Origin: Octopus sinensis
Taxonomy: Eukaryota
Assembly (NCBI RefSeq): GCF_006345805.1
Contig: NC_042997.1
Span: 53,940,001 to 54,004,000 of the forward strand
Direction of reading: 5' to 3'
DNA: 64,000 bases
The translations under genes were made by a program, and so were the position numbers. This document shows, piece by piece, positions 52,401 through 64,000 of the stretch; positions within the stretch are counted from its first letter, which is position 1; each line of letters begins with the position of its first letter. The notes beneath the pieces were generated by a model. It saw nothing but the letters and a program-made list of their open reading frames with translations, ran no database searches and was not told the origin of the DNA.

Positions 52401-54551
52401 TCAGATAGGACAGCAGTAGAATAATCAGAGAGAAATGGACAGTTAGAAAGGAACAGATTAAGAATTAATGAGAAATAGATAAACAAGAAAGAGTGAAGGT
52501 GAATATCATGTGAAAATGCACGAAAATACCCGTGAAAAGCTTCATGACCAGTTAATGGCTGAGGTAACTGACACCATTATATCTAACCTTGGAGATTAGA
52601 GATCGCTGCTGGGTTTACAGAGGGCATAGGCAGTAGGAAGAAATGATCAAGTCATGTGTATATAGGCAGATTGTGAGGAGATAAAGTAAATAATGACTAA
52701 GACAAACTACAGAAGTAGAAGCACAGAAGAATTATGCCAAAAGAGTGACAAATCTGATGCCAAAAAGGAAGGAATGGGGAGGGGGCCTAGCCCCTGCCTT
52801 CAAATAAAATGAAGTGATTAAATGAGCTGCATCAGAAAATATTTTCGAACTTTGATGAACAGACAGATAGATACTGGCAAAAATCAAATATTTTTTATGA
52901 AACCAAGAGGGAATTTAAAACAAAAAAAAAGATCAAGAATTTTAAAAAATTAATTTATATCATATCAAGAAAATAAAAGATTTTTCAAACTAATTTTATT
53001 CTCTCTTTTGGTTTCTTTTCATTAATATATGACAATAAAAAATAATTTAAAATATGTCCCCAAAAATGCCAATTTATCAGTAAACATTGTATATGAATCT
53101 CTAGGTAAAATGATGGTCAGTTTCCACTATGACAATGCTATGGTTGAGGGGAAAAGCTCAGTCTTCTCTATGGTACCCTTAAGAACAATTGTGATGAACA
53201 TTCAAGCCAGTGATTCACATTTAATTCCACTACTGCAAAGAGTTTCAAATTTTTCAATCCTTTCAAACAGACATCAACCACCCACACAAACAACATCCAC
53301 CCATTGATCAGAAACCTCAACATGCTTCTTTGGTCTGATTAGGAAACATACTAAGTGCTTTGTACAAAAACAAATGCAATGAAATACAAAAGTACTTCCT
53401 ACGTACGTGTTGCGAGAAAATGTTAGCAGCAACCAGAAATAAAATCCAATGTAAAGTCAAATTTAACAATATGATGCCCGATAACAACAAATTCTTAGCA
53501 AGCATCAAAATCCTTTGCTTTCTCCAAACAAAGTCTTAAAATATAATATATTATCCATGATGTTATACAGAACCCAGTTCCCATCCCACTTATAATCACC
53601 AAGAACTTTGTCTTTAGAGAAGGCATTTTAAAACTAAATGCACAATATAAATTTCCTTTACAAAATACACACACTTACACACACCTAAATATACACACAT
53701 GCGTGTATATATTTATGTGTAATAATATATATATTAATATATATTTATATATATATACTCGTATATGTATAGAAATATACAATACACACACATATATATA
53801 TATACATATACCATCATCGTATATACAAACATGCATAGATTCACACATTCATTAATACACACAGATTCACACACAAACATGTATACACACTATGCATACA
53901 CACACACAATTATAACCACAGTATGGCCTTAGACATGATGGCTGAAAGAAACTAAGGAACTCTAGAGTATATATGTATGTGTGTGTATGTTTATAAAGGT
54001 AAAATGTATGTGTATGCAAGTGAAAAACTAAAATAAAAAATAGCAGATAAGATGAGCAGATGTCAAGAAGCAGAAAACGTTTGGGCCATTTATGTAAGAC
54101 CAACAGGATAAACATTTAACCGAGCACTCATTGATGAGATGGCGATGAACAATTGATATAATGGACTACATGGAAAAATATTTACAATATTTCTCAAATA
54201 TTTATAAAACAATATTCACTGCGACTTCTGTTAACTCTCATAACTATTCAGACAGCAGACAGCATCTGTGCTATTTGAAAAGAATAGGTGAGAGAGAGAG
54301 AAAAAAAAAAAAAAAGGAATGAATCTTTAGAAAGAAAAAAAGGAGGAAGGGGAGAAGGAGGGGGAAAGAAATGGTGAGAAGAGAGTGACAACAGAAGGTG
54401 GCTAGTTATAAATTAAGACCTTACATATAGCAGCCATGTGGATGGTCAGTAAAGATAGCTCCCAAAATTGCAATATTAAAATAAACAGCCCTTTGGCCAT
54501 ATAAGCCAGTTTATTATTATAGGGAAGCTATATTATTAGTCCAATATCTTG

Positions 54552-54744
54552 TTAGTCTTCAGTACTGGAATCCCCAGACAACGGATTAGGATCACCAGTC
54601 ACACTACAACGATGAAGAATTGCTTTTTCATATGCTTTTCTAACAGCTTTGCGAACATTTGGCTTCCTATTTTCCGTTAGTTTGGCCTTGTCCAAACCTG
54701 AGTCAACACCAAGAGGTTCAAGCTTATTTCTTGGTAACCATTGC
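54552..54744 (-). CDS. BRPF1: BRPF-family gene last coding exon (WQWLPRNKLEPLGVDSGLDKAKL...VRKAVRKAYEKAILHR...SSTED*)
   Basis: PWWP C-terminal part; acceptor taatag|G; stop TAA at 54554-54552. Confidence 0.95.
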
Positions 54745-55558
54745 CTATTAAAAAGATTAGAAAAGAAATATATAAAATGAAATTAATGCAGCTCAATTCA
54801 AAATGCTATCTGATGAAAATATTCCTAAACTTAAAACAATTATTTTGATTTTTTAATTGCCAAATAAATATGTCAAATTAAAAAAATAATTTACTTTGAA
54901 TATGAAATTAAAACAACAAATAAATGAATAAGCTATTAAACAATTTGCATCAGAGTTAAAACAGTGTGATTAAAAAATTGAGAGCATTTTACAAACATGT
55001 CTACTAAAATCAGAGTTTAGTTATTAATAAAAATTTTAAGCATTTGTGTTTGCACTTTAAAAAGTGCAAACACAATGCTTCAGGACTATTAAAAAAAGAA
55101 TCTCCCAAATTTCAAATCTCCAATGTTGAAATCGCACAATGAAAACCAAAAATAATTTCTGATATTGTCACAAAGCTACAAATTAGTAGGAGATTGGATT
55201 AACCACAGTATATGTCTAACTTGCAGACATAGTCAACCTCACTAGGTTTCAAACTGTGACAGATGAAACTATAAATTATATAAAGCATTGCATGTTCTAT
55301 TATTTCTTCTGAAAAATGCCAATCTTATTCAATTACTTCAGATTTCACAAAACAATAATAGAAGATCAGTATTTCCATTTAAATTTTTTAAAGTTAATTT
55401 TTGTTTATGAAAGACATCAAATTCTTCAAGTGACATCACTTTACACTTTAATAAACTAATCTCCTACACCTAAGTAGTAGCAAAAGCTAGATTAATCAAG
55501 CTTTAATAGAAGCCCCCAAAAAAAAATGTTCAGTATTTGAGGAATAAAATTTACACAC

Positions 55559-55701
55559 CAAGTTCTTTTAGTATCAAAGAACAACACTAAGTAAACTGGT
55601 TCATCATATTTCTTTTGTAAAGCCAAAACTTCATCTGGAGGTACTGGAATTGGAACTCCATTGTGAAAATAACCAGTCTTTGGCATTTTGGGATTAATTA
55701 T
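55559..55701 (-). CDS. BRPF1: BRPF-family exon ([28 protein letters not shown]...[12 protein letters not shown])
   Basis: BRPF PWWP core; cacag|ATA acceptor, TG|gtgtgt donor; phase 0-2. Confidence 0.96.
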
Positions 55702-55880
55702 CTGTGACACAAAAAAAAAAAAAAAAAAAAAAAACATTATAAAAAAATTGATTTTATCACAGTCAATTAGAAATTGATTTTAATTACAAAGTGTCAGGAA
55801 TGAAAAAGTTACAAAGAAAAGAGTCAAAGCAATGAAAAATGAAACTAAAGAGAAAGCACAGAAATTGTCAAATGACTCAC

Positions 55881-55987
55881 CAGTGCTGGATACCAGGGAT
55901 AACCTCGACATTTGGCCCACACTAAATCAAGCGGCTCTAACGGAATGATGTCATCAGAATCACAACTTGTGCTTCGATGAGCACGTG
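55881..55987 (-). CDS. BRPF1: BRPF-family exon ([36 protein letters not shown])
   Basis: [15 protein letters not shown] is the BRPF PWWP start; ttgcag|CA acceptor, CTG|gtgagt donor; phase 1-0. Confidence 0.96.
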
Positions 55988-56310
55988 CTGCAACAATAAT
56001 AAATGGAAATTCATAAAAATTACCAGCTCATGACAAGATCACATGAAGAATAACATGATTCTAATGTAAAGAGAGAAACCAACAAAAATATTTTATTAAA
56101 AGAGACACTGAAGAGAATGGGAAGGTAAGTAAAATATGGTGTTTTAAATATAAAAAAAAAATTAAGCATGGATTCAAAACACTATGTAGCAAAATACCAA
56201 AATGATTAAGGTGTTTTAGACACACTGTAATAATATACAGTTCAAGAAATAGGACTCACAAAACATTAACTTGAGAATCCCATTAAAGGACTGCAGTTGA
56301 GAAAATGTGT

Positions 56311-56320
56311 AAAAAGAAAA
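56311..56320 (-). terminator. Pol III terminator (TTTTCTTTTT) just 3' of the tRNA
   Basis: T-run 4 nt downstream of the discriminator base. Confidence 0.7.
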
Positions 56321-56324
56321 TGAT

Positions 56325-56398
56325 AGGCTCCAAAGGGATTTGAACCCCTGACCTCCAGTTTACAAAACTGGCGCTCTAACCAACTGAGCTATGGAGTC
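56325..56398 (-). tRNA. tRNA-Thr-TGT: tRNA-Thr(UGU), intronic, sense to BRPF; A2-C71 mismatch and U32
   Basis: Cloverleaf GACTCCA / GCTC-GAGC / CCAGT-TTTGTAA-ACTGG / AGGGG-TTCAAAT-CCCTT / TGGAGCC-T. Confidence 0.88.
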
Positions 56399-57902
56399 AT
56401 GTAAGCTATTTTTACAACCCAAAATTCTGATTATGTTGACCAAGAAAGATCAACATCTATAATTTCAAAAAGAAAATTATTCAAAGTTTTTGTTTGTTTT
56501 TTTTTATTTTGTTTCATTTTAAGATATTACATTTGTTGATATAGGTTAAACATGGGTTGAATGGCTTAATAGTTTTGGGATTCTTGGAGAAACTGTTTCT
56601 TTACCATCAGATAGATGTTTATGTTAGTGCACAAATATTCAACTGAGAACTGTACATACATTCTCAGTAAAATAGTCTGAGGCACAATCCAATGTCAATG
56701 ATAAGGTTTAATAGCTATTCAATACATATGTGATATATGCAGAAAACAGTTTTGCTTTCCAAAATTTTAAATTGAAATCCCTAATACTTAAATTGGTTGT
56801 ATTATTTATTTATTCTTATATTCTCCTGAAGGTGAAGTTGTTGGAAATGTTAATTGGTTTGCACAGTGGCAGTATGTATAACACTGAACATTACCAGTAA
56901 GACTAGAGCAAAATTCAGTCCAATAACTTGATACATAATCGACCAAAGAGTCTACGATTCAGTAGATAAAAGATTTGGAAATATGGACCCCTGAATCGAG
57001 TCCAATGAATAAACATAGTTAATATATGACAGATATACTAAAACACATACACGCATACCATCTATTTTGCAGCTTACATTATACACATAAGATTAGTTTA
57101 CTATATATCATTTGGAAAGGTTAAAATAAAACAAAAGTGTTAACAAAGGTAGAGATATTTAAGTGATATTAATTCAGCCCTTCTAAATGTAATTAGGGAC
57201 TATATGAAAATAAAGTTTACTGTTGATGCATTAAGAGTAGCATCAAACTGACATTTCATAAATATCACCTTTGGAAGAAGGGCATCCTTCCCAAAAAGAA
57301 TTCAGGTTTATCTAAATGATTGCAACCACTACAGTACATGTCTTACAGTATATCAATAATTTCTATTATGAATATGAAAAATTTAATATTTTACACATTA
57401 AATGATATCCAAAAGAAAAATTTAAGATAAGTATCACCATCAATTTCACACATACAAACAAACATATGCTATATATCTTCTATCATATCTGCAGCTAAGA
57501 ACATTGTTTAAAATATATAATAGAGTAATTTAAAAACTATAAATATATTTAGATTTAAAATAAAAATCAAAGAAATGAAAATGGAAAGGAAGTAGTCAGA
57601 GGAGTTAAGGAAAATGAAAGGAGATAAATGGAACTCATGCTATTTTAGCCAAATAGTCAACTTATTGTCCACTTCTAGTAATGAATGGAAATAGCTGTAA
57701 GATTTTATTTAATGAAACCAAATGATAGATTACATTTTTTAAGAAAGCAAGTTAAAAAAAATTGAATTGGATAAAATGATGTTGAATTAACATTAACCAG
57801 CTAGTATTACTTATACTATTATTAGTTATTTAACCAGTCACGTGTCAGAGTTAATAACTGGAAGATTCTGCATATGTAAGTTAGCTACTTACAAATCTCA
57901 AT

Positions 57903-58260
57903 TATCATCATCATCATCGTTTAACGTCCGTTTTCCATGCTGGCATGGGTTGGACGGTTTGACTGGGGACTGGCAAGCCAGTAGGCTGTGCCAGGCTCCA
58001 ATCTGATTTGGCAAGGTTTCTGCAGCTGGATGCCCTTCCTAACACCAACCACTCCAAGAGTGTAGTGGGTGCATTTTACATACCACCGGCACAGGAGCCA
58101 GTCGAGGGGGGGGGGGGCTGGCATCAACCACGTTTGGGTGGTGCTTTTTACATGCCACCAGCATAGGTAGCCAGTCAGGAGGCATTGGCATCAACCCACA
58201 CTTGAATGGTTCTTATTATGTGTCACTAACATGAGTGCCAGTCAAGCAGCACTGGCAGAA
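57903..58260 (-). mobile_element. RTE-tail-related short element with (GAT)n tail (family D)
   Basis: (ATC)n-GTTTAACGTCCGTTTTCCATGCTGG on +. Confidence 0.8.
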
Positions 58261-58757
58261 TAGTCAAAATGGTAATTTTAAAAAGTGTCTCTCTTTCAAA
58301 GCCTTTGAACATGAAACAAAAATTAAATAGTAATGGATTTAATAATAAAGAACAATTTTTTTAGAATAGAGTTCATACACAATTTTTACTAAAACTTTTA
58401 TGTTTTATCTTATACACATTAATACCTCCAACACTATATTACACTTATCATACAATACAAGTATAATACGTGTGACATTTCCCAACAATTTTCAGTAACA
58501 CACACGAGGAGGAATTACTACTCCTTTTTAGAGACACTGATTTAGAATCACAAGAGGTTTTAAATGAAGCTGAACACAACTAATGAGGGGTGATTTGTAT
58601 TTTATCAAGAAATTAGTTGAAAGGGAAAAAAATCATAAGTTAGCAAAAAGTCAAAATAACCAATGCAAGTAGATGGAATTTAACATATACAAAATTTTTA
58701 TTTATAATGAAAGAAAGGGCATGCAGTTGAGAGAAACACAGAATTAAACTGAAGTAC

Positions 58758-59522
58758 CTGATCTACTCTGGCTACTTGATTGCCCACTAGAACTGTCAGA
58801 CAAAGACTCATCACTGCTGCTGATGTCCGATGTGCTGTCCGATTCTGAAAAACTGTTTGTTGGATCAATTCGGTACTGAGTAAAGCTGTTTTTTGGCAAA
58901 AGGTTTGAAGTGGAATCACCCGAATTTGACATATTAGAGTGTGCAGGATCAGAGGCCACAGACACAGCTCCTCGTTTGGGTGGTGTTGGCTGGATGTCAC
59001 GAACATTTAGGTTCCCTATGTTAGTAGAACAAGCTGTTCTTTTTCGTCCACTGCTTGCAGAAACCGGGCTGGTGACACCACTACTAGCTTTAGTGGTGTT
59101 GGTGTTATTGTTGGTGTTGTTACTGCTGGTGTTATTTTGGCTGCTAGTGACACTACTTACATTTCCACTACTACTGGAACTACCACCCCTGCTGCCACCA
59201 CTGCCACTGCTACCACTACCACCAGTTCCTTTGCTATTTGGTCCTGGAAATGTTTGGGTGCTACAATTGTCTGGAAGATCTAGCTGGCTTTTAAGGCGAG
59301 GAGGACGGCCCTTACGCTGTGGCGTGCTCACTGCTGAAGGAGTCATTGTTTTATTTAACTTCTTAGTGAAGAGCACTGCAGTCCGTCGGTTGACTCCAGC
59401 AATAGGAGCATGGGCAGTTGGATTTGGTGGAGTAACAGGAGTTGGTGAAGCCTTAGATTCACAACACTGGGCAGAAGTGGCAACAGTTTGAGAAGTGTCA
59501 TTAGAAGTTTTAGCGTCCCCTC
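58758..59522 (-). CDS. BRPF1: BRPF-family 765-nt low-complexity exon containing GVNRRTAVLFTKK
   Basis: xNRRTxVLF motif of BRPF/BRD1 proteins; tttcag|GA acceptor, TCAG|gtactt donor; phase 1-1. Confidence 0.9.
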
Positions 59523-60067
59523 CTGAAAAATAGGAAAGAAAGAAAAACAGCAATGTAATGAAGGAAACACCATTCTTTTCTTGGCTTATAGGCAAATATA
59601 ACAGAAAAATGCTGTTGGAAATGTTGTACAGAAGAGGGGAAGGAGTATGGTAACAATTAACAAGTCAAAAATTGTAGCTTGTAGAATATCATTAATCATT
59701 TGTTAACAAGCACTATAGAAATAAAAATATTAAAAAAAAAAACAGGATAAGAAATAAAAGAATGATAATGTTGAAGGATGGGGAAATGCTTTCACTTAAG
59801 GTACTTAACCAATCACACCTACACTACTTTGGACGTATGATTTTACGGAACAACTTTAAATATTTATTAAAGATAATTATCATTATTGAGGTGGTAGTAA
59901 TTAGCAGCAGCAATTATGAAAAGGAAAAGAAGAAAATCTGAATAGAAAGCCAAGATTGAATGCCTTTGATTTCAAAGAAGAGAAAGAATCTTCATTTAAA
60001 TTTCAATGCTTTATTTGCAAGATTTATTATCCTTTTTTAAGAAACAGGCAAGTTGAATTACCAAGAG

Positions 60068-60099
<32 letters not shown>

Positions 60100-61565
60100 A
60101 ACACACACACACACAATCTATCCCACAAGAATGTGCCCGTAAACCAAGAATCACAAATGGAGTAACCTAAACAAGAAAAATAGTAAATTCCAAAAGAAAC
60201 CAAGCCTATACCAATCTTCAGCTGTTGGGAGTAAGTTTCCAATCATCGGTCATGCTGGACTTAATGAAAGAACAAGTCAATAAATGAATTAACAAAACAA
60301 GGAAAAACAAAAACAATAAAGACTTCAACTGTTCAAATGATTCCCAGCAAAATGAAATAAAATGTAAAATGTATCGGAGAATTAATTAAACAGATAATTA
60401 CACTTTCAGTATTTTTATTATCATTGTTATTATACCATCATTTATTATGGCTATAATAATAACAGCATTCCAGAGAAGTCTCAAAGACTCGAAATTTTCT
60501 GTATTTAAATAAAACAATCATTTGCGTAATTTAAAGAACCTGCTTAAAATGGTTCCCAGTAGCAAGACATTTTTCAGCAGAATATTACCGACAGGAAAGA
60601 AGTTCACTACATCTGTAGTAAACAAATGGTAACTAATTCAATCTGGCAAAGAATGAAGTCACTATAAAAATGGCTTTCTATATTTTACTCCATAAAACAA
60701 CACAAGAAAGTTTAGTGAAAAACTATAATGCTCACAAAAAAAAACTGAAATTCCTACCATAAATTGTAAGTGCAAACAAGTTTGTAAGGAATATTTGGAA
60801 ACTGGTTAAATTTTAACTGAACTACACAGCATAAACAGTTCTAAATTTTCCATTTCATGATCTAGTACTTTGTCAGAAGAGTGAGAGTTCAGCAAAACTT
60901 TGAAAAATGTTTTTAAAATCACAACTTATTGCATTTCTGAAACTATTTCTTTCTTAATTGAGCCAATTTTAAAATTTCTGATTATTTTTAATTACCTTTT
61001 AGTATTTGTTATTGTTATTTTGGGAGAGGGGGTAGAATTTACTAAGTTTTTTAGTTGGATGGAAAGAAAATAGTAAAGGGATGAAGAATGAGTAATGGCT
61101 GTAATTGAAAAGCAAAAAGAGTTTGAGAAAAGATATGAAGAAAAGTATGTCAGTATCAGCAGCAACATTGAATGGAACAAGGCCTTGGCTATCAATGAAA
61201 GGAAGATAGTCTTAGTGAGCAAGTCAGCCAGTACAACGGTTAAAGAACTATGGGTGATATTAAAGAGAAAAAAAAGAATCAACAGTTGACCTTTAAGTTC
61301 TCTGCAAGATATTAAAAAAAAAATTTTCACAATTTCTGAGAAGGAAATGTAAAATGAAAATTGCCATATAATTCATCAATTCAAATATATATGTATATTT
61401 TTAAATAAGAAGGTTAGGAAAATTAATTAAAAGTGATTCCTATTATAAAGGAGTTTCTACTAAGAGGAACTAACAGCAAAAAAGGAGTAAAAGAAGAATA
61501 TTCATATGTTTGGAAAATAGTCATTCTATAACACGAGGGAAAAAATTAGTAGTATGCACAAAATT

Positions 61566-61597
<32 letters not shown>

Positions 61598-62699
61598 TAT
61601 ATATATATATATTATTCCAATATATGACATCTTGTCATGTACTAACCAAGAATTGATCAAATAATGTTATATATATTTAATTTAAGACAACAAAAATTAA
61701 TAGAAATTAGTTTACATATCAATTAACTTCCTTCCAACCAAATCAAAGCGATTGAATTTATTTTGTTTCTTTTTTTAAGAATGTAAATGAAAATTAAATC
61801 ATTTTATTTTCGTAACTGAGGTATTGCTTCTCTGAAAAAGCACTACATAATCATTTCTTGGTCAGTTTTCATTTTGTGTTCTGAGTTAGTCTTTGTGAAG
61901 AAATTAAAAAAAGGAATTGAAATGGTTCCCTAATGAATCTAATTATTCTAATATGTAAACTAAGGCTGCATAATTATTTTTGAAAATAAAATCAATGATG
62001 GTCAGATAATGAATTAAAATTATTTTTCTTGAAAAACAAAGCTATGTTTGCTAAAACATTTCAATATTTTGTACAACCTCATACAGAGGGCAAAATTAGC
62101 ATTATGCTAATAATATAAAAATAAAATAGTGATCACAAAGACTAGCTCTACATGTACACAGAATTTTTATGTGAAGCAACACAGGATTGATTTTGGCTTG
62201 GCATAGACAATATTTGTTCAGAAGCCATGCCTTGATCTACATTATGTGTTACTGTAGACATTCAATAAAATCAAGAGTGCATACCAAGCAGATAGTTATA
62301 TACAAGATAGAAACAGCATTGCAGAATTTTAAAAGCAGAAACACTTGATTAACTTTCAAATGTAAGGAGGGGAAGAAAAAAAAAGAACAATTCTAAACAT
62401 GATCACACAAGCTTTATTTCATGGACTCATACAAGGTTTTGAAATAAAGTCAGGAAAGGGAGAATACAGAAGAGGCGAGAATAGGTGTGCTCTTTCTTCC
62501 TTTAATTGTATTCTTTAGGTTTTTTTTTATTTTTTGGATGATATTTTTTGTATTCTGTAACTGGATTCATCTGTAAGGTCAGGCTTTGCTGGTAAGTTAA
62601 ACCTGTAATGCTTCAGTAGCAGGTAAATATATAGAGTAGGGAACAACCTGTCTTAGTACTTGTCAACACTTAGTCTACGAGGAGAAGCGGTATATTTAC

Positions 62700-63023
62700 C
62701 TAACTCCCGCCGGGAAGAACATACATCACTTTCAGATTCACTACGGCTGCTACGTGCCCGTAATCTGCCTCGGCCCCGACGACCTGCTGTAGGCTTAGTA
62801 GGTTTCAATGGCACTGAGGAAGTCTTTTCTGATGCAGTAGTTGCAGCTGATGTAGGAGATGATGCAGGCGATTTGACCAGAGGAGGTGAGGTGGGCTTGG
62901 ATGAGGGTGGGGCAGATACTGTTGCCATGGAAGATGATGAGTCTGATCGTAAACATGTTTGGGAAGTTTGCTTAACTGATAATACAGGGCCACTTTCAGA
63001 ACTTGCTGAGAGTCCTTCTGATG
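62700..63023 (-). CDS. BRPF1: Probable BRPF-family exon (ASEGLSASSESGPVLS...GRRGRGRLRARSSRSESESDVCSSRREL)
   Basis: Open Ser/Pro-rich frame; tttcag|CA acceptor, TTAG|gtaaat donor; 324 nt, phase 1-1 compatible with the next exon; no conserved domain, so the assignment rests on phase and position. Confidence 0.75.
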
Positions 63024-64000
63024 CTGAAAAAGAATCGAGATGCAATATAAAAGAGCAAGTTATAAAAAAAATATAAAATCTTACTCACAAAGTTGACATA
63101 TTCAATGTTTTAAATCCAAAATTTACCAATTAAATTTATAATTTAATGATTTTTTAAAAAAAATAACAATATGTACATCATTGGAATAAAAGATCGAGTT
63201 AAAAGAATTATTATTTTGAAAGAAATACATGGAAATAATAGTTTTCATCTTGAAGAACAATGCTAACAATACAGTCATTAATATCATCATTAAACATCCA
63301 TCTCCGATGCTGACATAGGTTGGACAGTTCAACAGTGTCAAAGTGTGTTGTGATCCAATGTCTACTTTAGTATGGTTTCCACAGCTGGATGCCCTTCCAA
63401 ATGCCAACCACTTTAAAGGCCTGAGTGATGTTGTTATGTAACTTGCAAGACAAAAGAGCCCCACTTGATTGAGTAGAGAGGGAGGCAACTTTATGCTAGG
63501 TGTTGATAGAAAAGACTAGAACAGGATTTTTGTTATAGAAGAGACACATGGCTAATTTGCATTATATAAGGATAGGTAGGGGCAATCACAGCAGAGCTGG
63601 AAAGAGAGATAAAGATGATGGTGTCAGAGTGTGGTCTCAAGGCACATGTGGGTGAATAGAAGAATGAAAGAGACAGAAGATCCAAAAGGGTAAATGGGTG
63701 GTGATTGCAGTGTGTGTGTGGGTAGAATGATAGATGATTGGCGCTGAGGTAATGGAGTAGAGGTGAATAAAGTGAATGGTAAACAAGAGTGGAAGGGTGG
63801 TTGATGGTAAATGAGCTGAAGGGAAGGTAGGGGAGAAGAGAAAATAACCAGCAGTAGAGAGAGGGTGAAGAGCAGTAGGTTAATAACAATACAGTAGATT
63901 AATTATATGATGACTGCAGGAAACAAAGAAGAATCCATCAAAATTTAACTAAGAATACTATTGCTATTTACTAAGAGACAATTGCAATATATTGTAGATG

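Noticed and set aside
58910-59491. 193-aa plus-strand ORF (and the 138-aa ORF at 62660..63076)
   Set aside because: These are antisense shadows of the low-complexity BRPF exons.
60992-61330. ORFs of 64-112 aa in the BRPF intron as a missing exon
   Set aside because: No BRPF-like motif or convincing splice pair, and the flanking exons already join in phase. It is probably decayed LINE sequence.
62653-62699. Extension of the BRPF exon to the in-frame stop (…KYTASPRRLSVDKY*)
   Set aside because: The strong phase-1 donor G|GTAAAT at 62700/62699 fits the next exon. An alternative terminal isoform cannot be excluded without RNA data.

Overview
Repeat-rich animal genomic DNA, very probably octopus. 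The taxon is inferred from the tRNA-derived SINE families, the (TA)/(TG)/(TATG) microsatellites and a hyper-expanded GC-rich 18S, and was not checked against a database. Two spliced protein-coding genes converge tail-to-tail. (1) The 3' two-thirds of a divergent, intron-rich alpha-tubulin lies on + (5 exons, codons 126-450, 109..31952, ending -EEENEF*). (2) The 3' part of a BRPF/peregrin-family gene lies on - (5 exons, 63023..54552, ending in the PWWP domain) and carries an intronic tRNA-Thr(UGU). The most striking anomaly is a 3.5 kb orphan rDNA piece (5'ETS-like leader plus the 5' part of 18S, broken in V7) inside a tubulin intron. It is bracketed by two 89-nt direct repeats that are only about 74% identical. 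Other oddities are a SINE flanked by a 137-bp duplication, a SINE dimer sharing one TSD, a fold-back mariner made of two 3' ends, two decayed hammerhead-like motifs (one next to a Penelope GIY-YIG remnant), several MITEs, and R4/Dong, RTE, CR1/L2, Tx1 and Gypsy remnants. No CRISPR or prokaryotic features were found. All alignments and counts were done by eye.
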